From positions 12,772,001-12,836,000 of the forward strand of contig NC_047062.1 of NCBI RefSeq assembly GCF_902459465.1: 64,000 nucleotides of DNA, given 5' to 3'. The position numbers were made by a program, and so were the translations under genes. This DNA comes from Asterias rubens. Its lineage: Eukaryota. Below the pieces are notes generated by a model that made no database searches, was not told where the DNA came from, and was given only the letters and a program-made list of their open reading frames with translations. This document shows, piece after piece, positions 13,049 to 27,400 of this stretch. The stretch's first letter is position 1. Each line of letters begins with the position of its first letter.

Positions 13049-14429
13049 ACTGTAATATCACTTTTGTTTAGAAATGTTTGCATCAATACCAATAGGACAG
13101 TTACAAATGCAGAACTCCATATATGCAGCCTATGGCATCTGCCTATCTATGTGACCAAGTTTATAGTTACATTGTTGACATACATACATGTTTATTTTGA
13201 AGAACAAACTCATTCCTACTTTATATTCAGCACTATTGTTTCTGTGTTTTGTAATAATAATGAAATGTTTACTTACATAGTTTATACATCATACAAAATT
13301 TCCTGTTATTTTCTTTGCAAAACATCATCCAATATTTGACGTGGATGAAAGATTGTAAAATGTACTGACTAACCAAAGTATGTATTAAACATGACTGCGG
13401 TTTACTAGTTTCTCTTTATAATTTTGAAATCCGTTAATCGATTTTGAAATCCGTTAACTATATAACTATGATTTTTTTCAAGGAAGCATGGAATGTAAGA
13501 CAATTTTGTGAAACCATTTTGACATAAAAACAATCTTAAATAAGTCCTGATTAATGCTTCAAACTTTATCCCCATTTGAGCAACAGTAGAAAAGCTGACA
13601 CTTTCCATTGTTTAAGTGTATGTACAGAGTTTGTTAAGTTGTGTTTTTATACAAATTTCACGCTCATGCATTTGCAATCAACTCCGAGGTACACCGCCTG
13701 TAAACGCTCAACCTTCACATCAACATTGTCCCTAAAACGTGACTGACTTCACTCTGAGGTGAATGAAGTGTTTACCGCTAAATTGACCGTCCTATGTGCC
13801 ACCATACTTCCTACCTGTCCCTCGTAATTATTCAACTGACCCATTTCATACTTGCACGTACCTCCTTGACCGTTTCATGTACATTCCTTTTCAACCCCTG
13901 TAACCGTTTCATGTACCGCAAGAGTCAGCACTCTGGGGTTGGGAGACGTGTTCAATCATGTACACTGCATTAGTTTATGGCTTAATCCCCGGTGCATGAC
14001 CTTTATTTGGTTAGAAAAGGTCAGCAAAATGTGCTTTGAATTAACCTAAGCTCTTGATAACCATTAGTCAATCTTGGCAAGGCGGGTCCGGCAGATTTTG
14101 AAATCCGTTAATCGAATATCTGAAAGTGAAATCTCATAAACAAGGCAGGCATTTCCCAAACTGGTGATACTAAAGTAGATAAAGCCGATCTAACTGCACG
14201 ACCAAGGAATCTAATATCCAGTTTGAAATGCATTGGCTAGTCTCCTTGCAGCTCCAATGAAGGCCTTCATTGAAGAAATTTGCAATCTGAGAAAGTTACC
14301 AGTTATCCTGTCTGACTACAGTGGGAAAAATATGGCTCAATGTGAAGGAACCGAAACACCTAAGATAGATAAACTAAACCTTAAACAAGTTTCCTTTAAA
14401 ATTCTAAAGCATTGTACTGACCTTTTTGA

Positions 14430-14595
14430 GGATTTTTATGACCGTTTGAGAATGTTTATGACATTTGTGATGATTATGATGACCTTTTTGAGATTTTTGA
14501 TGACCTTTTAAAGGTTTTTGATAACCTTTTTGATGATTTTGATAACCACTTTGATGATTTTGATGACCTTTATGATGATTTTGATGACCCCCCAC
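14430..14595. repeat. Degenerate low-complexity (ttttgatgacc/gatga)n repeat
   Basis: Repeated gatgattttgatgacc motifs. Confidence 0.75.
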
Positions 14596-15300
14596 AATAT
14601 TTATGTCCACTTCGAGATTCTACGATACAGACATCCTACTTCATTCCGAAACTCTGTTAGAATACTGCTTCTCTCTTTGATGATCTTTGTAAACAACCTA
14701 TGACCCCTGTAAGACCTTGATTTTCAACTCTTAAGGTCATCTGTGTATATATACACAGATGGTTTGCATGGTTACATATGTACCTACATGTACGAGAAAC
14801 CTCCACATTATCACTACTTTTTATAAATTCGTTTACATATTTGTTGACCCTTAACAACATTTCTCAGTAGAAATTCCGCAGATTAACTACTCAAATACTT
14901 TGTAGCAAAACTACAGTTTTACATTTTCATCTGTGGTACATACCTTAACAAGTCCATTGGCCATCTAACAAACGATTGAGCTAAACCCTGAACCCTCAAC
15001 AAGGAAGAAAGGTCGTTTCTAACTTTCTAACATTGCACGGTGCTCTTTAAGAATTCCCCTCACCATCCCAAGCATCACCGAGCAATATTGCCGTAAACTT
15101 GTCAACACACCACTTTGGTTTCAGCTTTATTCCTCTGTCGTTTTTAAACAAGTCTGTTTTTTGGGTTTTCCAATAACTCTGTCCTTCAATTAGACACTTT
15201 CTCACCCCCTGCATATCAGTATTACCTTTGTGTTTCCCCCATGGCAACCGTTTCTCTGCCGTGGGAAAAGATGGTCAGCATCTCTCTCCACCTCTTCCCA

Positions 15301-15477
15301 TCATTCTTCATCGGACGTATCCGGCGTGTCCCTGTGCGTGTAATGTATGCGCTCGCTTGTGGGTCCATCCATGGTGCCGTATGCGTGCTTGGGGGCTGCA
15401 ATCCCTTTGGTTGCAGCTTCTCCTGGCTCGACGGTAGTGACGTCCCTTTCCTCTTGAAGCACATCCGGGATGAAGTT
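15301..15477 (-). CDS. TMEM63: TMEM63 terminal coding exon (cytosolic C-tail, TGA stop)
   Basis: Long pyrimidine tract, then cttag|AAC TTC ATC CCG GAT GTG CTT CAA...GAA GAA TGA; encodes [58 protein letters not shown]. Confidence 0.85.
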   Translation of the reverse strand, partial: NFIPDVLQEERDVTTVEPGEAATKGIAAPKHAYGTMDGPTSERIHYTHRDTPDTSDEE

Positions 15478-18400
15478 CTAAGACGAAACAAAGAAAGAAA
15501 AGAGTATTTCAGAAGTATGCCAAGGATGCCCAACTTTATTTAAAACATCACATGTAATAAGTTTTGTAATCTATACAGAGTTGTATAATAATACTTACTA
15601 CTTGCCTGACTTGACTTAAATATCACATGTAAGAATTTTTGTAACCTCAGACGGAATTATATAATAATACCAACTACATGTACTTGGAATAGGACCGAGG
15701 GAGACATTTCCACAGTCTATAACACTACTATAGTTTATCTTATTCTTACATTAACATCCCCACACAGCACAGTTACAGTTCACACTACACATGAAGGAAT
15801 AGTCTTAGACTTAATGACAAAAACAAAAATAATAATTTTACAAATTAATCATCTCTCTGAAACATGTTTTGTTTTGGTGTACATTGTCTCTGTGGCTTGA
15901 ACATCTCTCAGATTGATTTGCCGCTAAACATATGCCTTACATATTATTATTATTTTATTATTATATTTAGAGTTATATACAAACATAACAGTGGGCTTTT
16001 ATATAGCACCATTCCATTAGGAAACAGACAACACAGTGATCACTGACATAAATAAAACTTTCTATAAATTCATAAATAGGCCTATACATGAACAGTAAAA
16101 AGCATGTCAAACAAATATACATGTATACCAGCATAACATTTTCATCAAGGCACTAATGAAGACAAGTGAGACAATAAATCAACCCTAACTGCCTGGCCAA
16201 GTGTCATGTCATGACGTAGATGAACATGGCAAGAGTAGTAATGCAAGCCACACTGTTCGGTAAAAACATAAAGCTACACAAAATGGTAACAATCAAGCCC
16301 TGTTTATACATGTTATATATGAGAGAAAAGCAAAGAGCTTAATTTGACTGAGAAAGGTTTGAAAAGGGCAGAGAAGAGCAGCGTTCTGGATGTAAGCAAG
16401 AAGAATCATTCAAAACCTTGAGAGATGATATCGTAATTGGAAGAAAAACATTATCATCAAAAACAGTAAAAACACATTACTGAAAATGGATAATTAGATT
16501 AACAAGACAAGTTATCAAAAGAACAACATCTACCTGACAAGTAGATACACACACATGGTGTTACCAAAAATAAACCAAATATATATATTGATATGTTTAA
16601 TAGATGGAATAGTAAGGTGGTGATCATAAAACAGCAATTTCCAAATTTGGGTATTATGCACATTCATCGCAGACGAGATGGCTTGGTTGTTATTTACTGT
16701 CCTAGGACTTCCCAAATTGTAGGCAATCAATATTCCAATCTGGGCAAGTCTGTGTATGAAGTAGCAGCTGCGGCTGTGGCTGTTGCTAAGAGCATCATAT
16801 GATTCAATGCATATTCCTTTAGTGATCAAGCCGTAGCCGTAGCTCCAGCTGCCAATTCTGACATGGCCCAAGTTTGTCCCGATTGAAACAGTTCGAATCA
16901 CAACAACTCTCAGACTTGCAACTCTCTCATAAAAAAAGGAGGAAATGGCTGATCACACTTAACTTTTGTAAAGTGTTTTCAGTTTTCTAAGGGACCGTTT
17001 TGAAAAGAAAAAAGAGGAAATCAGCTGATCATCTGAAAAGTTGCATGCCTGAACTTTGTTGGTTCAAGCATGGTACACTCACCTTTGCATCATCATCTGC
17101 AGACGGAGCTTGGTCTTCAATATTTGTGAATTCATCATAGGCGGGTGGGATATAGCCCATCCAGATGTTGAAGCATACCTTAGCGATGTACAGTCCGATA
17201 CACAGGACTAGGAACACTGAGATAAGGATTGACCTGGGATCCACGGAGCCTGGAGATGAGAAAATACATTCAATAATGATGCAACTTCCAGTTTTTGGTA
17301 ACCTCTGGAGCTATATAATATAGTACATGGAATATAGTACAAGGAATATAGTACAAGGAATACAGTACAAGGAATGTAGTACAAGGAATATAGTACAAGG
17401 ACTATAGTACAAGGAATATAGTACAAGGAATGTCTAAGAATAGTATTCTTAGTGCTGGAGAGGTATCAAAGCACATGATTTATGTTTATCTTGAGAAAAT
17501 TACAGCTACTATGTCCATCAGGCACTCAAAAAGTATGTACTTGATGAAAGTTTGATATCCACTCTGCCAGACTGGCATGTACATCAGGGAACTCGGACTC
17601 GGACAACCGGAGTCGAACTTGGAATAGGACTCGGTCAACAAGAACCAGAATACAGCACTGATTTCACACACAAAATGAACATTTTTCACAGGACTTATAC
17701 AAATATGGAGTATACCATGATTAATACACATCAGTGTACCTGGTGTTAAGAGTAAAACACAACCCCTGATGCAAATTCAACATCTATTAAAGAATAGGGT
17801 CACTGGAACTGTTAAAAAGGTGATCTGTAAATTTCTGAATCTTACAAATTGCCCTCAAAAATTCTTAACCACATGTAAATGAATAAAAACAAACAGCATT
17901 TTTATGCATTTCTCTCTCACATAGGAGATAACGAACATTTGTTAAGGAAAAGCAATCCCAGGGCGACTGAGCAGGGATTACAGAGCTAATATGCAGGTCA
18001 TTACTGCAGAGCTGATGACCAATATTTCCCTTTCCTTGGGTCATAAAGCAGACAATAACAGCAAGGAGCAAGGTCTATGCTCTGCATCTACTTATAGGAT
18101 AAATGACCCTGACAGAAGAAGTTAAAGCCAAGAGCATTCTTACATACAGAAATAAGAAGCAACAAATAAACAAAGAAACAATTTTTTAAACATGCTTGTT
18201 GAAACCACCAAACATCTTATTATATCTTAATTAGTACTAAGTATAATTACCTGTTAACTGTATTTTCCCTAAGGTTTGTAAAACTGTATGGATCGTTATT
18301 GTTATTGGGTTTTATCAAGCGCCCAGGAGCATGTTTCATGGATGGGCGCTTTATAAATTTGCATTATCATTATTATTATTATTATTATTATTAAAAATAA

Positions 18401-21400
18401 AGGTTTGTGGATTTGATTCCAACTAGTAGTGTCTGTATATAAATTCAAGGTAGGGGAAGGGGGGGGGGGGTTGTCTGTTGGACTTTCAGTGTTTAAAAAG
18501 CAACATTTTGCTTAGAATTATTGTTAGGACGAACTTGCTCTATGGTTGAATTGGGGGCTGTGGAGAATAAATACATTTTTGAAAGCATTTGTCGATTGGA
18601 AAGATATTTTAAAAGTAGATTATAAGATCAATAAAAAAATGCCTCAAAAGTATGCACCCGTCTACCATTTTGTGGAGTAAAAAATTTGGTTCTACAAAAT
18701 GGCGGACCTCGTTAGATCATGAAATAAAGGGAAAACCACACAATTTCGAGGCATACTTGTGTGGATCAAAACATTCTTGTTTAAAAACATCTTTCCAACA
18801 ACATTCAATTCATAACCAACACTTTTTATCAAACATTTTTAAATCACCCAATCCGAGGCAACACAGCCCTTTAAAAACATAAATCAATGCCTTACGCTGC
18901 CAGTGCAAGAATTTTTTAATTTAAATGTAGAATATTGCTTGGCAAGCACAAATGAGTCGGGAAAGAGATATAAAAAGGAAAACCTGACGAGGCATTTTTG
19001 CTGTTTTCCTGCAAATGATAATATTGGACAAACATGTAAAACATGATTATTTCATCAACATTCTATTAGGATCTGGAGTATTCAACCAAAATAGTCAGCC
19101 TGTCCCATTGTAAAAAAAACATCAAAACTGCCATCAGAAAAACCGAATTCACTTCAACTAAAACCCTAATTAGGGGTAAATTGCTTCCCAAATACGTTTT
19201 GGCAGAACAAGTGAAGACAAATCTTTAAGTGATGTGTGCTTTAAAGGCATTGGACACCTTCGGTAATTGTCAAACTCCAGTCTTCTCACTTGGTGTATTC
19301 CAACATATACAATAACAAATCTGGGAAAAGTTTTACTCATTTGGTCATCAAGTTGCATGAGAATAATGAGAGAAAAGAACACCCTTGTCCTAGATGCTTT
19401 AAAATGGCTTCAGACCAAAAGTCCTTTGTTCGCTTCAAATATTGGAGTAAGAAACTACCTTTTCCCCAAAAAAACTATGTTACTTAACAGGGAGCTGTTT
19501 CTCACAATGTTTTATACTATCAACAGCTTCCCGTTGCTTGTTACCAAGTAAGTTTGTTATGCTAACATTTATTTTGAGTAATTAACAATAGTAACCAATG
19601 CCTTTAAAGCCATTATACACTTTCGGTAAAGGGGAAAAAAAAAAAAGTTCACAGATTTACAAATAATTTACAGGGTTTACAGAAGGTAATGGTGAAAGAC
19701 TTCTCTTGAAATATTGTTCCATGAAATGCTTTACTTTTTGAGAAAACATTAAAACAATATAAATTCTCGTTAGCAAGAATTACGGATTTATTTTAAACAC
19801 ATGTCATGACACGGCGAAACGCGCAGAAACAAGAATGGGTTTTCCTGTTATTTTGTCCCGACTCCGATGATCGATTGAACCTAAATTTTCACAGGTTTGT
19901 TATTATATATATAAGTTGTGATACACGAAGTGTGGGACTTGGACAATACTGTTTACCGAAAGTGTATAATGGCTTTAAGTGCTGTATGCTTTTATACATG
20001 TAGGTCACAGATCAAGGGCAAACAATTTAAGACCCTGACCACTGAAAATGCCAGACTTTTGAAAAAGATAGTTCAATTAGATGTCCACCGGAGAGTGAAA
20101 GACAGTTGGTGTCAACCACCAACTTCACATAGCATGGATGCAACACCATTCACAATACAGAGGGGATGCATTATATTTATAGAATGATGACATACTTTCC
20201 AATAGGTTGTAAAAATACTGTATATCACATTGCAACCAATTTCTTAATTTTTAATAGACTGTGCAAGTCTCTCGCGTATTCAAATTTTGGGGACCAATTG
20301 ATCTTAGACGCAGATAATGACTTTTTGTTTAGTTTCTGCTAATGCCTTCCTCCATGATTTCTGCTTCATGGTTTAATAAGTCCTTTGGAATATAGCTAAG
20401 GGTAGAACTTTTTGTATGTTAGTGTTCTAAGTGGTTTTTAATTGTATTTTTAATTCATTTATTTTTAAGCTCCTGCTGCATGGTTTTAAAAGAGTGTTCA
20501 ACCCTGTCCAACTTGTAATCTTTGTGTATAACATATAAAGGTTTAAAATAAGTTTTACAAATAAAAATATAAGGAGTGTCAAAAGTCACAGAGAAAGAAC
20601 ACAGTCAAAATGCTATTCAACTTATTGCATGGCCCCATGTTACAAACAGTTTTGGGAAACCTGGCCTCATGCCTAAAGCTGAAGCTTGCACTTCAGCAAT
20701 AAAGGCCCCATAATTAAACTGCAAATTTTGTTGATTTGCTCGCCCTTGGTGGACTTTGAAAGAAATGAGCCCACCAATAAAATTGGTCTAATTACAACGT
20801 AAAATGTTGCATTAAAGGCAGTGGACACTATTGGTAATTACTCAAACTAATTGTTATAATTAAACCTTTCTTGATTACGAGTAATTGGGAGAGGTTGGTA
20901 GTATAAAACACTGTGAGAAACGGCTCCCTCTGAAGAAACGTAGTTTTCGAGAAAGAAGTAATTTTCCACGAATTTGATTTTGAGACCTCAAATTTAGATG
21001 AGGTCTCGAAATCAACTTGCATCTGAAAGCACACAACTTCGTGTGACAAGGTTGTCTTCTTTATTATCTCGCAACTTTGACGACCAATTGAGCTCAAATT
21101 TTCACAGGTTTGTTATTTTATGTATATGTTGAGATACACCAAGTGAGAAGACTGGTCTTTGACAATTACCAATAGTGTCCACTGTCTTTAAGTAAAAAAA
21201 TTAAATAAAAAATCACTGTTTCACAACAATTCCTTTAAGCTCATTCCTGACAGTCCCAATCTCGGCAGTACGGGGGTGTTTCACAATTAGTAGTAGTCTC
21301 ACTCCTGCCTGGGTTATCACGAATGACTTGTTATTAACCTTCAGGTAAGAATAAATCCAGTCTGACATTTGTGGAGAATGAGAATAAAAGATGAGGAGGA

Positions 21401-24400
21401 GGAATGGGAGGGAATCCAAGGGGGGGGGGATATTTGGAGAAACATTTTGTCCTTGAGAAAAAAACCAATCATCCCTTGTCCAAACCGCTTATGTTTAGAG
21501 GAATGGGACAGCAGTCTTTTAGTTAAAATAGTTCTCTATTCCTGAAGTTTTATATGGGAAAAACACCTTCAAAAATCATAAATCCAACTTGAGATATTTT
21601 AACGAGAACAGGTGCTGAGATTTTTTGAGAAACAAACATATATTTTATTCATTTTGGTTTTTAACCAATAAACACAGATGTGTGTTAGCACTGTATACTC
21701 AGTACTTACACGAGTTGTGTGAAAAAAAATCACAGGCATATTACTCGAACCCACGACCTTTGCAATTCTAGAGCAGTGTCATACCAACTAGAGCAATGAG
21801 TGACATGCCTGTGATTTTTTTCACAGAACTCGGTTAAATACTGAGTAAACAGTGCTACCACATCACATTGGTGTACGCAAATTTAACATCTATTAAAACA
21901 TATTTTATATTCAATGTCTTGTGATGGTTTTGTTCACACTGTAATTTGTCCTTGCTCATAAGCCTGAACAAAGTCTATTGTTTACATCCAATGAAAAAGT
22001 CAAACCATCATGGATTGAAGAACGAATTGACTTGACGTCACATTCTCGGATTCGTACTGAATCGTTTTATGACTTGTTGAAGAGCGACGTCATTGGACCA
22101 GGCTTGATCAACTGGTACAAAAACACTTGAATCGTGACTTCACTTAAGCGCTCAGGAAAACAGCTGTCAGGAATCGACGGGTTGAAATCCACTTTATACA
22201 CATTTGATCACCATGAAGATTTGTTTTCCCACTTTTACCGACAAACATATTGTCATTTAAATTATAAAACCTCAATCCACTAATTATTAGCTTTGCTTGA
22301 GTTCCTCAAATAAGCGTAGAAACAGGAGGGAGAGGGAGAAAGAGAGAGTGTAAATAATCATCTGCCTGTTTATGCATGGCCAAGCCACCCTAATAAAGAG
22401 GGGTACAAATTAACAGCCACATAATCATGACTCATCCTGAAATCCTTCCGAGTAAAGAGAGGCCGACATCATTTGGGAAACAACGATTAAATATTTACCT
22501 CTTGAGAAACAAGGCACAAGACAAGGAGATTCCCCGGAGAGTGGTTACTAACAACCTTACAAATCCAGACACACTTGACGCTTTGACCACTTTACAATTG
22601 GCCTGGCCTCTGGGCACACACCCAAACTGACAAACCCCGTACTGGCCACAAGTCTCTATGATTGCTTAGAATGCAGATGATTTGATAATCGAACACCTCC
22701 AGATTTTGACAATCTGTTGAGAATTGGGGACAGAAATTCCGAATCGAATTATAATACACCTCTCCCCCTACTTGAGGCCCCTTTGATAAATAGTCGCCCT
22801 GCGTCGCCTCAGAGTGGGTGTGTGCTGTAGAGAGGAGAGAGTAGGGAGAGACACAAGCTATAATGTATAAAGAATTAATAGGCTTGCAAAGACAAGCTAT
22901 AACAGATACATCTCGGGGCAAGACACCTCACCACATGTCAATTTTACTCGGCTTGACTCTTTAACGGTACAATAACAAACTGATGTGGAGGTGTTACAAT
23001 GTATTCAGGTAAAATACTTGCTTCATTGTAGGATGCATACATCTCCATGTTGCCCTTTGATTTAAGGGAGGTGATGGATATGATTTCGCGGCACTTCCTC
23101 AGCGCTGTATTCTGTGATCACTCACTCTATGTTGGCAGGATTAGTGTTTAATTTCTACACTAGTTGAGTATGCACCCTGCCAGATTCTTGCTAACCCATG
23201 TAATCCGATCAAGAGAAGAGTTTTAGGCTACTGTAACTAGTGATACAATTTTTTAAGTAAGCAGTGCCATAAAATTTGAAGCCAGACTTTACAGAGCTGC
23301 TTACCAGAACATGAAAAATACAATACGTTTTATCATGGCTGCTCACCTGTTCCTGCAAGTTTTAACTTGTTGCCAGCAAATACAAACAAACACACGTATC
23401 TGTCCATAGATGTACAACATGTACATGTAGGACTAAGGACAAAAATGATCGTAGCATTCTTGAAAACTGTTTTTACATAACATTATATCATGGCTGTTCA
23501 CCTATTTTTGCTAACTCTGGTGTTTCTGATCAGCAGAGTGTGGGTTCGAATCCCCAGCCGTGACACCTGTGTCCTTAAGCAAGACACATAACCATTGCTT
23601 CGTCCTTCGGATGGGACGTAAAGCCGTTGGTCCCATGTGTTGTTTAAACGCATGTAAAAGAACCCAGTGCACTTGTCGAAAAGAGAAGGGGTTCGCCCCG
23701 GTGTTCCTGGCTGGATTGGCAGCATATTGCGCCACAGCACCTTGTAAACCATTACATTGTGCTTAAGGATTAGGTCTTTTATTATCTCAGAAATCGCCCC
23801 CACTCCTTGCAGTAATAATACCTGGCGCTTTGTATCCTTTGGCAAAAGGCGCGTTATAAATACGGTTATTATTATTATTATTATTAACCAAAATATTTAA
23901 ATTGGGCCAGCCAATGTACTTGTACATGTACCTACAGTATAATATGTACTTTTGATCAAGGACAATATACTTAGGCATTGGCAACAAGATCATGTGTCAT
24001 GGCCGGCTGTTTTTGCTAAGCAGGATTTCCTTGTACTAAGCAGCTCCACGAGATTGGCAGCGGGGCATCAATAATGCCAGAGCGCTGTCTCTAAACCAAA
24101 ATGGAGAATAACTGCACAAGAATCAAGTGGCCAGTCTATGGGAAACAGATATTCAATGACCCGCTGCCAATGGCTCACAGCTCCCTTGGTGTTTTATTCC
24201 AATTCATTTATTCCACAGGTATTCAATCAGTTTGGGTCAAGACTACCCCCTCGTGGGGGGCCCTTGACAGGTTCGCTTTCAAGTAGTCGATGAGTGAATT
24301 ATATTTTGGTGGGGGTTGTTTTCGAGCATGGAGCGAAACTAGAAGAGAGCAGAAATGCCATGCAGTGGTTGGAAAGCTAGTTGAAGTGGATTTACACACT

Positions 24401-27400
24401 GCCCTTTCCCAACTGATAACCAACACTCAGTTGACCCCTACCCTGAAAAAAGGGAATATTTTAAGGGACAAACTTCATTTGAATGGAAGGTTGTTACGGT
24501 GGAACGAAAAATATATGTAATTTTGCCAGTTTATTCGGAAACAATTTGAATGTGTGTAGAATTTGAAATGGTCTACCAGCATGCACACATTTAAGAAAAC
24601 AAATTGAATACATTACTGATATTACCTAAAAAAATGTGTATCAATATTTATTCTTCGTTTCTCTGGTGCAAGGGTAACATAAATTATCTAAAAAGGACCA
24701 CTTCCCCCCCCCCCCCAAAAAAAAAACCCAACAATAAATACAAAAACACCAAAAAACACAAACAAACAAACAAACTTGTTTTGCTATGGACAGAGTTGAA
24801 CAACAATATGTTGCCATTTATCTGCCTCAAAACTAACATTTCTCAAGGGTCCATACTAGAAAAAAAAGCAAATTCTCGCATCTAAGATGAACATCAAGAC
24901 ACTTTTATGCAGCAACTCTTCCTTATCCTCTTCCTAATAATCCACAGGGAAGCAAGAATTTGCATTTTCCAAAAAAAGTGCACACCAAGAAAAAAACATC
25001 CTTGACAGAAACAAATCTTACGGCAGGAAAACATCCCGAAATTCAAACCCCGAGTAGCAGGCTTTAGCTCTTGCCCAAGGGGATGAAAATCCTGGAGAAA
25101 GATTCCAAGCGATGAAAAAATATCGACTTTTTTTTTTTACGGGTGAGGTCCTCAGGATGGGTTCACGACCTCTCTTGAGAGGGAATTCCATCGAGGCCAA
25201 CCATGTGGGTTCGTCGTGACAAACACATATATATTTTGTATTCGCTGCGTGGCTAAACTAAGGGCACCAAATTACAAACGACACTTCAAGTGTCTTCCCA
25301 CCCAACTTCTTCCTCAGACACCGGAAAAGAAGAAAATCAATTTTCAACAAATTGATCTTTATCTGAAAAAAACACTTCAGATTTGGAAGGAATACAAAAC
25401 ATCTCAAAACACTTTGATATATCTTCAAAAAGAAGAACTATTCTTCATAAGGTTTCTCATATTACAATTTTGGGGGATAAAAGCCAATATCTTTTCCATA
25501 TAGGAATATTAATTTAAAGTGCTGTTGTAGGTTTATAAGTTTTTATTGCCATTAATTCTAAGGGTGATTACCAAATGTATACCTTTCCTTTACACAACAT
25601 CACTTATTTCAAAACAGCCACCTCAACATTTTATTTTTCTTAATCAAGGGCAGTCTTTTGCAAGAGTTACCTCAAAAACAATTAATTATAGGAGCAGTTG
25701 CAACCATCCTTTATAAGATTTAACCTTGTTCTGTATACTCACTTATTTGTATTCAAAGCAACAGACAAAACAAAACAGTTTGAAAGTCAACTGAAGGAAT
25801 GTTGTCACCACTGCTTGGTTGGACTAACACAGCTGTCAATTCTGCATAAATTATTTGTCCCGTTGACATTTTCTCCCCTTTTTGTCGCTCGTGGATCTTA
25901 CATGCCCAGGGGGGAGGACTACTAATGTAGTTAATGCACCTGAAGATGCTCAGGGAATGGTCTCTAACATTCGTAACAAAAAAAAGGAAAGAATCAGCTG
26001 TATAAAGTAAAAAAATTCCTAATGCAAATCCAGTGGCGCGTCAAAACATCTGCTGTCCTACACCACATGACCCCTTCCCCACACTTGCAGGAACCTAACT
26101 GAAGATGATCCAGCAAAAACACCTTTCTAAGGCCCCTTCCAGAGACAAAATCCTGCAAAGAGTATGTAGGCCAGTCTAAATCATAGATCCCAAGCAAAGA
26201 GATATTACAACATGAGTATCTCCTTCAAACAGTATTGTTGTTCACAGACATATTACCTTGAAGAGAATCGGTTCATCACCAGGACTTTTTCAACAAAAAT
26301 AAAGTGATCTCTTTTACAGAAAACAGCCCAAAATGGGTAAATTTTTTTCGTAAGGATTTTGTGCCTTATCGTGTATTATTTCTTTCGTTCAGTGCCAAAG
26401 TCATACATGTACGATCGGAATGGTGTATTCCGAATGTGCCATTATTGTAAATGTACATGTGTGAGCTATATTATATACTCAGAAAGTGTCATCATTCGTG
26501 CAGGTTCAACCCATACTGTATATAATCACGAGAGGTCATTATCACTCAAGGAATAATATTGACTTTGGGATGTACCCAGGCAACACAAATCAGCAAGATA
26601 CAGAGAGAGACCTTTTTTCAATACACAGTTTTTTTAAACCTCACAAAGAAAGCTGGGCACTTGAGGTTCAAAACACAAAAGAAATAACAAGCACTGAAAG
26701 AGTTAGTACGTGTTGATCTCAATAGACCTTGGTACTGATGATGACGTCACAGTTTGTTTACCAATTTTCAGAAGACTAGGAAGTCATTGTGTCTCTGAAC
26801 ACCTGTCGGAAATGCACAATGCAGTAAACAGACCAAGACGTCATCAAGTACAGGGTTCTACTGCCACAATCAAAATATTAAGCGTTGTTGAAATTACGAA
26901 ATGATTTCACCTTGACTTTTAATGTTCATCCAGTAGAATATTAGGCTTCACATGGAAGAGATACATGTAGATACATGTTTGTAGCTTAACTCTTATTGGC
27001 TTATCTCTATGCAGATGTTAAAGGCAGTGGACACTATTGGTAATTACTCAAAATAGTTATCAGCATAAAACCTCACTTGGTAACGAGTAATGGAGAGAGG
27101 TTGATAGTTATAAAACATTGTGAGAAACGGCTCCCTCTGAAGTGACGTAGTTTTCGAGAACAAATTTATTTTCCACGAATTTGATTTCGACACCTCAAGT
27201 TTAGAATTTGAGGTCTCGAAATCAAGCATCTGAAAGCACACAACTTCGTGTAACAAGGGTGTTTTTTTTTTTCATAGTTATCTCGCAACGACGACCAATC
27301 AAGCTCAAATTTTCACAGGTTTGTTATTTTATACATATGTTGAGATACACCAAGTAAGCAGACTGGTCTTTGACAATTACCAATAGTGTCCATTGTCTTT

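Noticed and set aside
15222-15543. Three overlapping ORFs of 69-103 aa
   Set aside because: They are wrong-frame or antisense readings of the true terminal exon (15301-15477).
16530-16930. 123-aa minus-strand ORF as an alternative last exon
   Set aside because: It needs a weak GAG acceptor and has no similarity to TMEM63 tails or any family I recognise.
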